Shown here piece by piece: positions 44,760 through 53,014 of a DNA stretch of 64,000 nucleotides. The stretch is from the IMG/VR virus record IMGVR_UViG_3300027985_000843, positions 1-64,000 of that record. One strand, given 5' to 3'. A program made the translations under genes and the position numbers. The first letter of the stretch is position 1, and the number at the start of each line of letters is the position of its first letter. The notes beneath the pieces were generated by a model, which worked only from the letters and a program-made list of their open reading frames with translations, was not told where the DNA came from and searched no databases.

Positions 44760-45515
44760 TCAATCCACGGATTCAGCCTTGCCGGCTGGAACCAAGGCAG
44801 ACCGCTCGTCGGCCTTGACAACAGGTTGGGAGGGCGGCCCGTTCTGAAGGGCTGCCTGGACGAGCTTCGAGATGCCAGCGTCCGTGAACGTCCGCTGAGG
44901 GGCCGAGTTGTGGAACCATCTGATAGCAGTGCCCATCCTCGCGGTGCTCCCCTCGGCTCCGGCTGTGCACTTGCCCGACGCGTAGACGCGCAACCGTTGA
45001 TCCAAAGGAAGGCCCATCCCATTGCAGGAAGAGAACGAGACCCTCAGCACCTTGAGCCCCTCGGCGATGCACTTCTTGCGGTCGTCCACCAACTCTTGGC
45101 CTGTGTACCCATCGGAGATGTCCGCCGGGTCATCCCCCCATCTGGGCAGACGATCGTGAGCGGTGTTCCATTTGAGGGTCCGACCACTTCCCACGTTGAT
45201 CTGCATCAGGCACCACGAGTTGCCCTTGTCGCCCCTCGCGTACTTGCCCACACCATAGTCGACGTTCTTCATGAACCCCGACTCGTGCAGCATGATCGAC
45301 AGAATGACAGAGACTGTCCGACTCCGACCATTGTCGCCTCGGAACAAGGGTTTGACCGACGGGTCGTAGACAACCTCGACGACGTCTTCTGCAATGCTCT
45401 TGTAGCGGGCTGTGGCCTCTACCTCTGTCTCTTGGGCTTCCTCATAGAAGGTCGTGCGGCCCGGCGGGGCTACGGCCACCATGAAGGCTAGAATCCAAGC
45501 AATAACAGGTTCCAT
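44760..45515 (-). CDS. Secreted lysozyme-fold/lytic transglycosylase-like protein
   Basis: Signal peptide; HESGF...GDKGNSWCLMQI...YASG; AAGGAG SD; class II motif at 45644-45650. Confidence 0.7.
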   Translation of the reverse strand: MEPVIAWILAFMVAVAPPGRTTFYEEAQETEVEATARYKSIAEDVVEVVYDPSVKPLFRGDNGRSRTVSVILSIMLHESGFMKNVDYGVGKYARGDKGNSWCLMQINVGSGRTLKWNTAHDRLPRWGDDPADISDGYTGQELVDDRKKCIAEGLKVLRVSFSSCNGMGLPLDQRLRVYASGKCTAGAEGSTARMGTAIRWFHNSAPQRTFTDAGISKLVQAALQNGPPSQPVVKADERSALVPAGKAESVD

Positions 45516-45593
45516 GACTTTCTCCTTGGAAGGGGACGTTACTAGAGGCCCGCTCAGCGTGCAAGTTTTTGAGCCTTGGTGTATGTAGCAGGT

Positions 45594-46055
45594 ATGCACC
45601 CACTTTCGTTGCACCATGGCCTTCTAGGTCGTGACCCCAAACATACACCGGAGAGTTATCAAGTCACTCCCCGCCAAAATAAGCTGTATTCTCTCTATCC
45701 CAAGGTCCATGGCATCGCCCAAACAGAGCAGAGCCACGAGGACTTTCTCGCAACCCTCATTCTGCTTCTGGTTCAGACTGACTACCAGAAAGCTCGGCAT
45801 GTTCTGCTATTCACCCCAAAGGCCATGCGGCCGTGGGTCGTGCAGCAAGTGGCAGAGGTGTTTCGGTATACCGTCCGGTGCCGAAAGGGCGACAAGGCCA
45901 ACCTGAAGATTCTCAAGGACGTGTTCGAGCAGATCTCCCTCAGCCACCAATTCCTCCAGGTGCCCAAAGAGCCTGACTACTGGGTGGCCTTCGGCCTAGG
46001 GCGCAACGCCGCCCTCCCCCAATGGCTCAACGCAGGACTGACAGATGACCTCTGA
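45594..46055 (+). CDS. Hypothetical protein
   Basis: TGGTGTA(45577)-N10-ATG. Confidence 0.6.
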   Translation: MHPLSLHHGLLGRDPKHTPESYQVTPRQNKLYSLYPKVHGIAQTEQSHEDFLATLILLLVQTDYQKARHVLLFTPKAMRPWVVQQVAEVFRYTVRCRKGDKANLKILKDVFEQISLSHQFLQVPKEPDYWVAFGLGRNAALPQWLNAGLTDDL

Positions 46056-46593
46056 CGACGGGTTCGACCTGGAGTCCGATTGGCAGCTGGTTCGGCCCCA
46101 GCCCCAAGCCACACCCCGGCCGGACATCTTCCAACGGACTCTCGCGGAGGCCCAGCAACGGGCCTTGGCCCGTATCAGCGAAAAGTACCAGGGGAAGGCA
46201 GCCACCGACGGATACCTCGTCGACAGCGTCCAGATCTTCATGGATGAGTGGTTCCAGTGCCTCCGCAGTCAGGACAGGGCGGGCCTCGTGGAAGCCATCA
46301 TCGAGGGGCAGAACATGTCATCCTCGGAGATACGAGGATTCGTCCGAGCCCTGCCCATGACCTTTCTCGTCAGGGTGTCTGAGGCGGCCCTCTCCGGGGC
46401 CAAGGGCATTCACGCTCTGCTTTCGGTGGAGTGCAACCGGCGGACAGGAGTGGTTCGGGACTACGAAATCAAGAGGATCGGTGATCGCATTCGCGTAGAT
46501 GTCTTCACGGGCGACCAAAAGACGTTTCACTTTTTCCTCGATGATGACTTTCAAGTAGACAACACCGACACAGATGATTCAGCCAACCCCTGA
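46045..46593 (+). CDS. Hypothetical protein with N-terminal DLExDWxxxRPQP motif
   Basis: MTSDDGFDLESDWQLVRPQP. Confidence 0.65.
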   Translation: MTSDDGFDLESDWQLVRPQPQATPRPDIFQRTLAEAQQRALARISEKYQGKAATDGYLVDSVQIFMDEWFQCLRSQDRAGLVEAIIEGQNMSSSEIRGFVRALPMTFLVRVSEAALSGAKGIHALLSVECNRRTGVVRDYEIKRIGDRIRVDVFTGDQKTFHFFLDDDFQVDNTDTDDSANP

Positions 46594-47248
46594 CAACCCT
46601 GTGCTGGTTTTCCAGCATGCCCACGCGGAAGTCCTGGACCACTTCCAAGCCCAAGGCGCCTACGGTCGCGAGGGCTGGCTCAGCATCGGAGCTGTCGAGA
46701 ACTTCGTTTTCCACGCCAGTCGGCTGAACGGTAACTGGGGTGTCGTATGGGGGCTCCTCGACACGGAGTACCTCGTGCTCGATGAGCCCCTTCGATCCAT
46801 GGTCGATTCGGGCAAGTACATCGACCTCTTCAGAGCCATATGGGAAGTCCGCTTCCAGCTCAGTGAGGGCGCCGACGTGCGACGTCTCGTCGATGATATC
46901 GCCCAGTGGCTCAACACAGGGGACCCCTGCCCACAACTCGGACTCGGGCAGCTCACCCAACAGCAACAACTCGACAACCTCCTGTTCCTACTCACCCTCG
47001 CTGCTCAGAACGAGCTGGTTCGGCCAGCCATGTTCGTCTACGCACGTATTGACCGGGCCGCTGAACAAGAAGACAAGGTGTTCAAAAAACGCCTTCTAAA
47101 CGGCTTACTTACCCTCATTAAGCTTATTGAACGCTGGGCCCCTTTGGGGAGTCCAGCATCTTTGCTGCTGAGCCTCTCTGACACGCACAAGCTCGATAGC
47201 CGCCTGCGAGCCAAGATCGAGTCTCTTCTTGTGCCCCCGGAAGTGTGA
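46574..47248 (+). CDS. Hypothetical protein
   Basis: 224-aa ORF in operon. Confidence 0.65.
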   Translation: MIQPTPDNPVLVFQHAHAEVLDHFQAQGAYGREGWLSIGAVENFVFHASRLNGNWGVVWGLLDTEYLVLDEPLRSMVDSGKYIDLFRAIWEVRFQLSEGADVRRLVDDIAQWLNTGDPCPQLGLGQLTQQQQLDNLLFLLTLAAQNELVRPAMFVYARIDRAAEQEDKVFKKRLLNGLLTLIKLIERWAPLGSPASLLLSLSDTHKLDSRLRAKIESLLVPPEV

Positions 47249-47249
47249 C

Positions 47250-47771
47250 ATGCCGGAGATTCTACGAACCAGGGACGTCGTGCTCTTTACGAAGGGTGCG
47301 ACGATGACCGTTGCTGCCAGCTCTGCCATGATCTCTCAAGGATGGGCTGGAGGACAAGGGGTCGCGTGGGCCGATTCGCCAAGCGACGAATTCATGGTGA
47401 CATTCGCCGATGGCGGGCGCGGGGCCGGGTACGTCCTGTGGGGCCACGATGAGGTGTCCGACCGGTACACGGCCATCACCGGACAGCAGGTGGCCTACGG
47501 CTATGTGACCATCGTGGCAGGCTCCAGCATCATGTCCACCGTGACCTACGAGAGGTACACCTATGCCAGCAGGCTGGCCGGCCCCCTTGTCGAGATCGAC
47601 TACACGCCCCCCGTCAAGCTTTACTGGTCCCTCCGAGGCTACTTCACGACCGAGGACGAGTGGACCTTGTCGGGCGACCCCCGCGCACCAAACGTGGATC
47701 CTGTTGGCTTCGTGACGCAGAAGCCCACGGCCTTGACCAATTACTTCCTCACCTTGCAGACGACACTATGA
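47250..47771 (+). CDS. Putative virion structural protein (decoration-like)
   Basis: Gly/Thr/aromatic beta-rich composition; class III motif TCTTCTTGTG (47224-47233) 16 nt upstream. Confidence 0.55.
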   Translation: MPEILRTRDVVLFTKGATMTVAASSAMISQGWAGGQGVAWADSPSDEFMVTFADGGRGAGYVLWGHDEVSDRYTAITGQQVAYGYVTIVAGSSIMSTVTYERYTYASRLAGPLVEIDYTPPVKLYWSLRGYFTTEDEWTLSGDPRAPNVDPVGFVTQKPTALTNYFLTLQTTL

Positions 47772-48412
47772 ATCAAGACACCCGCTTCGTGTTGGCAATC
47801 TGGATCGCCGCCCTCCCCATCCTCATTCCGAGCCTCGTTCTGTCGGCCTGTGGTGCCCCTCAGACGCCCTCAGATGCTCCCTATGGGGTCGAGGCCCCTC
47901 CGGAGTATGACCGGGCTTCCTGGGGCCGCTGGGTCGACCAGGACGGGGATTGCCAAGACACCCGACAGGAGGTTCTCATTCGAGACAGTCAAATTCCAGT
48001 CACTTTGGACGAAAGTGGTTGCAAAGTCTTGACAGGGAAGTGGATCTGCCCATACACTGGTGTTGAATTTTCTGAGCCAGACGATTTGGATATCGACCAC
48101 ACAGTAGCTTTGAAGGAAGCCCATGAGAGCGGTGGGTATGCTTGGGACACCTCCGAAAAGAAGGTGTACTTCAACGATCTTGGAGAGCTGCATCTTCAAG
48201 CGGTGTCACGATCAGCCAACCGTTCCAAAGGATCGAGGAACCCAAGTGCTTGGCTCCCACCTCGAAAAGCTGCCCGATGTGCGTACATTCACACTTGGGT
48301 TAGGCTAAAGGACCGGTGGCACCTTGAGACGGACCTCATCGAAGATGCTGTCATCACATACATGCTCAAGATCTGCGAAAAAGGGGGGATCCCAGTCACG
48401 CCGCAAGACTGA
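47768..48412 (+). CDS. Secreted/lipoprotein HNH-fold nuclease (DUF1524-like)
   Basis: Lipobox LSAC; DCQDTRQEVL.RDS, W.CPYTG, DIDHTVAL.EA..SG, NRSKG. Confidence 0.85.
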   Translation: MNQDTRFVLAIWIAALPILIPSLVLSACGAPQTPSDAPYGVEAPPEYDRASWGRWVDQDGDCQDTRQEVLIRDSQIPVTLDESGCKVLTGKWICPYTGVEFSEPDDLDIDHTVALKEAHESGGYAWDTSEKKVYFNDLGELHLQAVSRSANRSKGSRNPSAWLPPRKAARCAYIHTWVRLKDRWHLETDLIEDAVITYMLKICEKGGIPVTPQD

Positions 48413-49157
48413 GCCCATTTCCAGCCACCCTGTATTTGCAGAGTGGGACCACGCCAAAAACCAATTGGCTGGCCTTGATCCTGAAAAGATCACCAAAGCG
48501 TCGCAGACCCCTTGTTTTTGGGTCTGTTCTGTATGCGACCATAGGTGGAAGACAGCTCCCCACGCCCGTACCCGACAAACAAAAACAGCAGGCTGCCCCG
48601 AGTGTGCCAGGATAGCTAGAATCAAGGATATTCCTCCCGGGGCAAAGTTTGGGTCTTGGACAGTGCTATCACGAGATGATTCGAAGAAGGGTCTCGTGGG
48701 TATGGTCTACTGGCAGGTACAATGTGAGTGTGGGACGGTTTCCTCTATCCCTGGCACGCACTTGAGGGGCGGCCAGTCCACACGGTGTCGAATCTGTGCT
48801 GGCAAAGCTCAAAGAGTCACACAACAGATCACGGGTCTTCAGTGGCGATCAATGATAAACGGGGCTAAAGAAAGAGGTCTGGACTTCGAAGTCACCAAAG
48901 AAGAAGTGTTCCAGCTTTTTGAGGCTCAAGGAAGACGATGCTCTCTGTCAGGAGTTTCTATCACTCTGGCCTCGACTTACGAGGACCACCGTAATGGGGG
49001 GACAACCGCATCATTGGATCGGATTGACAGCTCCAAGGGCTACATCCTGGGCAATGTGCAGTGGGTGCACGTCGCCATCAACATGATGAAGGGACCGTTG
49101 ACGGACGAAGACTTTGTACGGTGGTGCCGAAAGGTTGTGCTGCACGCACCAGACTAG
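48324..49157 (+). CDS. HNH homing endonuclease with zinc-ribbon modules
   Basis: EWD..KN...W.CS.C.H.W...GCPEC; WQVQCECG; SLDRIDSSKGYILGNVQWVH..INMMK; lower GC; start uncertain. Confidence 0.85.
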   Translation: MRRTSSKMLSSHTCSRSAKKGGSQSRRKTEPISSHPVFAEWDHAKNQLAGLDPEKITKASQTPCFWVCSVCDHRWKTAPHARTRQTKTAGCPECARIARIKDIPPGAKFGSWTVLSRDDSKKGLVGMVYWQVQCECGTVSSIPGTHLRGGQSTRCRICAGKAQRVTQQITGLQWRSMINGAKERGLDFEVTKEEVFQLFEAQGRRCSLSGVSITLASTYEDHRNGGTTASLDRIDSSKGYILGNVQWVHVAINMMKGPLTDEDFVRWCRKVVLHAPD

Positions 49158-49348
49158 AGGAGCAGTGCCTCATCCCACGCTTCGTCAGTTCCCTTGAAAG
49201 CGTCGAAGTCGAACTCAACCCCTCGCTCACTCAAGTGCCGCATGAGTTCCCCGTAGAACAAGATCCTGTCCGGGATGCCCGGAACCTGTTCGGCTACCGT
49301 ATCCATGAGGGCCAGGATGGTATCGTTCACGTCTTTCGAGTTGCTCAC
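49154..49348 (-). CDS. Small hypothetical protein
   Basis: GTGA overlap in minus operon. Confidence 0.55.
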   Translation of the reverse strand: MSNSKDVNDTILALMDTVAEQVPGIPDRILFYGELMRHLSERGVEFDFDAFKGTDEAWDEALLL

Positions 49349-49635
49349 GGTTTCACCTCGTAGTGGCTCTCGTCCTCAAGGGGCTGGCCGCATCGGTCAC
49401 ATTGGAAATGGTGAGCCCCTGCCTCCCAGTCTTCCCTCTCGACCCAGGTAGTGCCCCCGCCGGGGCACTCATCTGACTCGTAGGTGTCGACGTTCTGCCA
49501 ATAGGGCTGGCCCACAGCGAGCCCACAGGACCACTCGACCTTTACCGGGTCGACCAGCTCGTTGGGGTCTGCACAGAGGGGCTCGGGGAGGTAAGGCGGG
49601 TCCTCAGGTTCTTCGAACGCTGTGAATTCGGTCAT
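49345..49635 (-). CDS. Zinc-binding small protein
   Basis: CPG...CDRCG. Confidence 0.6.
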   Translation of the reverse strand: MTEFTAFEEPEDPPYLPEPLCADPNELVDPVKVEWSCGLAVGQPYWQNVDTYESDECPGGGTTWVEREDWEAGAHHFQCDRCGQPLEDESHYEVKP

Positions 49636-49636
49636 G

Positions 49637-49996
49637 TCAGGTCAATCCTAGCTCGGCACGAATACGCCGAAGAAGGTCGATTTCCGTGTCGGAAGCACTG
49701 ACTTTCCTGCCCAACAGGTCGGCAACCTCCGTCAGCAGACTTCGTCGAGTGCTCTCTCGCTTGTTCCTGGCGCAGTCGCTGCACATGTCGCTGTCGTCGC
49801 CAGCGTAGATGTCCTCCATGAAGTCGCCACAGCCAGGGCAGGGATAGTGCCCGAACTCCCCGGGCTGCAACTTCTTGAAGGCTTTGATCTCGTCAACCGA
49901 CGCCTGCATGCAGAATTCCGAACAGAAGCCGAAGGTGTCTACCTTGAACCCGCAGTCAGGGCAATTTCCCTCGTCAGTTTTTCCCTTGATCGCCAT
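49637..49996 (-). CDS. Double zinc-finger protein
   Basis: CPDCG..FCSEFC, CPGCG..CSDC. Confidence 0.6.
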   Translation of the reverse strand: MAIKGKTDEGNCPDCGFKVDTFGFCSEFCMQASVDEIKAFKKLQPGEFGHYPCPGCGDFMEDIYAGDDSDMCSDCARNKRESTRRSLLTEVADLLGRKVSASDTEIDLLRRIRAELGLT

Positions 49997-50591
49997 CCTC
50001 GTCCTCGTCTTCCGGCAAGGGCTCATCGACGTCCTCTCCGACGCCTTCCTGCCCCTTGTAGTCGCTGTGCTCCGCTTCTTGGACCGACGTGGGTATCTCG
50101 CCCGGGAAGGCCGGCATGGGCACGCCTGGCCGGCGTATCAGGGCACGACCCAGCTCGATGGCCTCGTTCGCCACACGAGTCACTCGATTCACCGCCTCGA
50201 TAGCTCGGCGTTCGGCCTCCATGTCCGTCGGGCTGTTGGCTGCGATACGACGCGCACTCTCAGCTCGAATGTCTGCATCTCCAAGACGTGTGAGGACGGC
50301 TTCCATGTGATGGATCAACAACAGACGGTCCTCCATCTGAAGCCGGCGGCGGCCCATCTCCTCCCAGAACACCACGGCCGCCTCATTGGGTCGATACTCC
50401 GGCCCGTACTCCAGCGTACCGTCCGCGTGCACGATCACAAGAATGCGCTCTTTCGAGGTCCCGATGACCAGGTCCCCGGGGCGCACTCGGTCCCGCATGC
50501 TCATCTCGTGCGTGATGAATCGCCTGTGAGGCGCCACGCGGGCGTCATCCCAGAACAGCTTCATCACGTCGTCTTTCTTGTCGTCTGCCAT
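49974..50591 (-). CDS. Hypothetical protein
   Basis: Class II motif 10 nt upstream. Confidence 0.7.
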   Translation of the reverse strand: MADDKKDDVMKLFWDDARVAPHRRFITHEMSMRDRVRPGDLVIGTSKERILVIVHADGTLEYGPEYRPNEAAVVFWEEMGRRRLQMEDRLLLIHHMEAVLTRLGDADIRAESARRIAANSPTDMEAERRAIEAVNRVTRVANEAIELGRALIRRPGVPMPAFPGEIPTSVQEAEHSDYKGQEGVGEDVDEPLPEDEDEDGDQGKN

Positions 50592-50601
50592 GCGAGGAAC
50601 T

Positions 50602-50618
50602 TACACCAGACCGGTGTA
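50602..50618. promoter_or_regulatory. Back-to-back class II promoters
   Basis: TACACCA-gac-CGGTGTA, each 10 nt from an ATG (50591, 50629). Confidence 0.85.
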
Positions 50619-50628
50619 GGATCCCACC

Positions 50629-50802
50629 ATGCATATCGCTCACGTGGACGAAGTAAACAAGCGTCTCCTCTTGGTCGACGAATTCGAGACGGAGACAGAC
50701 GACGGCGGAACCGTGCTGGCGGAGCACCATATGGAGGTGGATCTCAAGGACTTGGAAGGGTGGGCCAACGCTCTAGGGTACCGTCTGGTAGGTAACCCGT
50801 GA
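50629..50802 (+). CDS. 57-aa protein (absent from ORF track)
   Basis: MHIAHVDEVNKRLLLVDEF...GYRLVGNP*, exact class II spacing, GTGA overlap with next ORF. Confidence 0.65.
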   Translation: MHIAHVDEVNKRLLLVDEFETETDDGGTVLAEHHMEVDLKDLEGWANALGYRLVGNP

Positions 50803-51083
50803 GGCCCTCCAAACCAAACGACCTCATAGAGGCCGCCGAACACTGGGAAAAACAGGCCGAAGAGGCCGAATGTATGGCAAAGTGGGACCGCGACCACGGA
50901 ATCGACATGTCTCAGCCGGGCCAGTCTGCTGGGGATCACAAGGCCGCAACATACCGCAAGGTCGCTCGAACACTTCGCCTTGAGGCCGCCACCGGCGAAC
51001 CTCATTGCCACTGCCACGAAAAACCAGTTCGCCAGTGCCCTTCCTCCGGGATGGGGGCTCGGATACCAGGAGTCAACGCGTGA
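50799..51083 (+). CDS. Hypothetical protein
   Basis: GEPHCHCH; operon overlaps. Confidence 0.6.
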   Translation: MRPSKPNDLIEAAEHWEKQAEEAECMAKWDRDHGIDMSQPGQSAGDHKAATYRKVARTLRLEAATGEPHCHCHEKPVRQCPSSGMGARIPGVNA

Positions 51084-51427
51084 AACGTCGAGCTTTTCTT
51101 CAGGTGCTTGCTGTCACAGCAGTGCCGCTGGTGGGGTCTTTCCAAGGCGACACTGAGGACGCCTACATTCAGCTCTACGACGGCGACAAGGCGGTGACCA
51201 AGCCGCTACCCACCAAGTTCAGGTGGAACAGCAAGATGACGGTCACGGTCCAACCCTCACAACCTATCCGAGTGACCCGTGCTGTCCTGTACTCCCCCAA
51301 GGTGGGCCGAAGGAATCACGACATCGACCCCCTCATCATCAAGCCTTCGACTGAATTAACGGTGACTTGGGAGATCGGCGCGGTTTCCTCAAAAGATTTT
51401 CCGAACTCCTCCCGACGGCGAGCGTAG
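51080..51427 (+). CDS. Putative Tat-exported protein
   Basis: GTG start after AGGAG: MKRRAFLQVLAVTAVPLVG, a twin-arginine RRxFL signal. Confidence 0.6.
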   Translation: MKRRAFLQVLAVTAVPLVGSFQGDTEDAYIQLYDGDKAVTKPLPTKFRWNSKMTVTVQPSQPIRVTRAVLYSPKVGRRNHDIDPLIIKPSTELTVTWEIGAVSSKDFPNSSRRRA

Positions 51428-51434
51428 TAGGGAC
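51401..51434 (+). promoter_or_regulatory. Class I promoter
   Basis: CCGAAC-N16-CGTAGTA-GGGAC-ATG(51435). Confidence 0.85.
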
Positions 51435-51812
51435 ATGGCGTGGATTGATACACTCAAGGTTGGGGACAAGGTGATCGTTGACCATGGCGGGTGGCCTAGC
51501 ACTTCACACCTGCGCACGGTTACGCGTCTGACGAAGACGCAGATCATCTTGAACAACGACGCGAAGTACAACCGAAAAACCGGTCATAAGGTCGGGACGG
51601 GGATCTACTACTCCTCATCCCTCCGGGAAGCCACGCCGGAAGCCCTCAAGGAAATGCAGCAGCTCAGGGCTCTCACGAAGGCCAAGCGAGAGCTTTGGGA
51701 CTTCGCGGAGAAGATCAACAGGATGTCAGTGCATGAGATCCATCGAGACGAGGCCCTGTCGAGCAAGCTGCAACAGATCACCGACAGCATCAGGGAAGGA
51801 TCGGAATCATGA
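51435..51812 (+). CDS. Hypothetical early protein
   Basis: LKVGDKV...VTRLTKTQI. Confidence 0.7.
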   Translation: MAWIDTLKVGDKVIVDHGGWPSTSHLRTVTRLTKTQIILNNDAKYNRKTGHKVGTGIYYSSSLREATPEALKEMQQLRALTKAKRELWDFAEKINRMSVHEIHRDEALSSKLQQITDSIREGSES

Positions 51813-52774
51813 CAGCCGAAGTCGAAACCATGTTCAGCGTTCGAGACGTCCCGTGGCACGGTATGGGGGTCATCCTCGACAACCCGCCGACCCCCGCTGA
51901 AGCCATCCGCCTCGCCGGCCTCGACTGGGAAGTTGCCAAGCAGCCCCTCTACTGCAAGCTGGAGGGACAGGAGAAGTCCGCCCCCGCTTACGCAACCGTG
52001 CGCCTGACGGATCAAAGCATTCTCGGGATCGTCGGGCCCTCCTACACAGTGGTCCAGAACGCCAAGGCGTTCGACTTCTTCCAACCCTTCATCGACTCCG
52101 GTGCCGTCACCATCGAAACGGCCGGAAGCCTCAAAGAAGGTCGCCGGGTCTGGATTCTCGCCCGGATCAAGGAAGATCCCGTTGAAATCCTGAAGAACGA
52201 CCCCGTCAAGCGCTACATGCTCCTGAGCAACAGCCACGACGGGACGCTCGCAGTACGTGCCGGATTCACCGGGATTCGAGTGGTGTGCTCGAACACCCTA
52301 CAGTGGGCCCACAAGGAAGGCGCAATCCTGCGCATCCGGCACAGCCGCAACGTGCACGACGCTCTCAGCCTCGTGCAGAACGTGATGGACGTCGCCAACC
52401 GCGAGTTTGCCGGGACCGTCGAGCAGATGAAGGCCATGGTCCGCAAGGGTGTCGTCGACGTGGACATCGCTAAGTACGTCCGCGAGGTCTTCCGCCCCAA
52501 GGTCTTCGTCACCAAGGGGGAGGAAGAGCGGTACGACAAGGAAGGCGCCGGCCAGATCATCGCCAAGGTGCTCCCTCTCTTCCAAGAGGAGAATGAGCGG
52601 ATGCCGGCGGCGAGTGGTACCGCCTGGACGATGTACAACGCCGTGACGGCCTTCCTTACCCACCAGCGGGGCCGAGATCAGTCCTCGCGGCTCGACTCCC
52701 AGTGGTACGGAGACTCGGCTGTCAAGAGCCGCAAGGCCCTCACGGTCGCCACCAAGTTCGCCGCTTTCGGGTGA
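51809..52774 (+). CDS. DUF932/DUF945 (phage/plasmid-like TIGR03299) protein
   Basis: PWHGMG, AGLDWEV, YTVVQN..AF.F, ETAGSL.EGRRVW, LSNSHDG, IRVVCSNTL, IRHS, GTAW..YNAVT. Confidence 0.9.
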   Translation: MTAEVETMFSVRDVPWHGMGVILDNPPTPAEAIRLAGLDWEVAKQPLYCKLEGQEKSAPAYATVRLTDQSILGIVGPSYTVVQNAKAFDFFQPFIDSGAVTIETAGSLKEGRRVWILARIKEDPVEILKNDPVKRYMLLSNSHDGTLAVRAGFTGIRVVCSNTLQWAHKEGAILRIRHSRNVHDALSLVQNVMDVANREFAGTVEQMKAMVRKGVVDVDIAKYVREVFRPKVFVTKGEEERYDKEGAGQIIAKVLPLFQEENERMPAASGTAWTMYNAVTAFLTHQRGRDQSSRLDSQWYGDSAVKSRKALTVATKFAAFG

Positions 52775-52792
52775 TTCGCCTCGGGGGAAACG

Positions 52793-53014
52793 ATGCGCGG
52801 TATCCTGCTTCTCCTCGCCATCAGCCTGTCGGCCCTGCCGACGGGCTCCCCCAAGGCCCACTGCCATTCCGCTTGCTACCAGTGCAGGGTTCGCTGCAAG
52901 CAACGTGCTCCGGACCCCACCACGTGTGTCCACGCCTGCCTGGAGGCCAAGCGTAGCTGCTGCGCCTCCTGCGGGCTTGGCCCCGGACCCCTAACCACCT
53001 GCGATTGCACATGA
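52793..53014 (+). CDS. Small secreted Cys-rich protein
   Basis: Signal peptide then CxxxCxxCxxxC...CxxxCxxxxxxCCxxC...CxC. Confidence 0.65.
   Translation: MRGILLLLAISLSALPTGSPKAHCHSACYQCRVRCKQRAPDPTTCVHACLEAKRSCCASCGLGPGPLTTCDCT

Noticed and set aside
46574-47248. Faint resemblance to BREX BrxD-type ATPase
   Set aside because: No Walker A motif and no other BREX genes nearby; unsupported without a profile search.
2320-51427. Shared C-terminal peptides such as SSEP, VPNP and FPNSS on several ORFs
   Set aside because: Artefact of class I promoter DNA (TTCCGAAC) overlapping the 3' end of the upstream gene.
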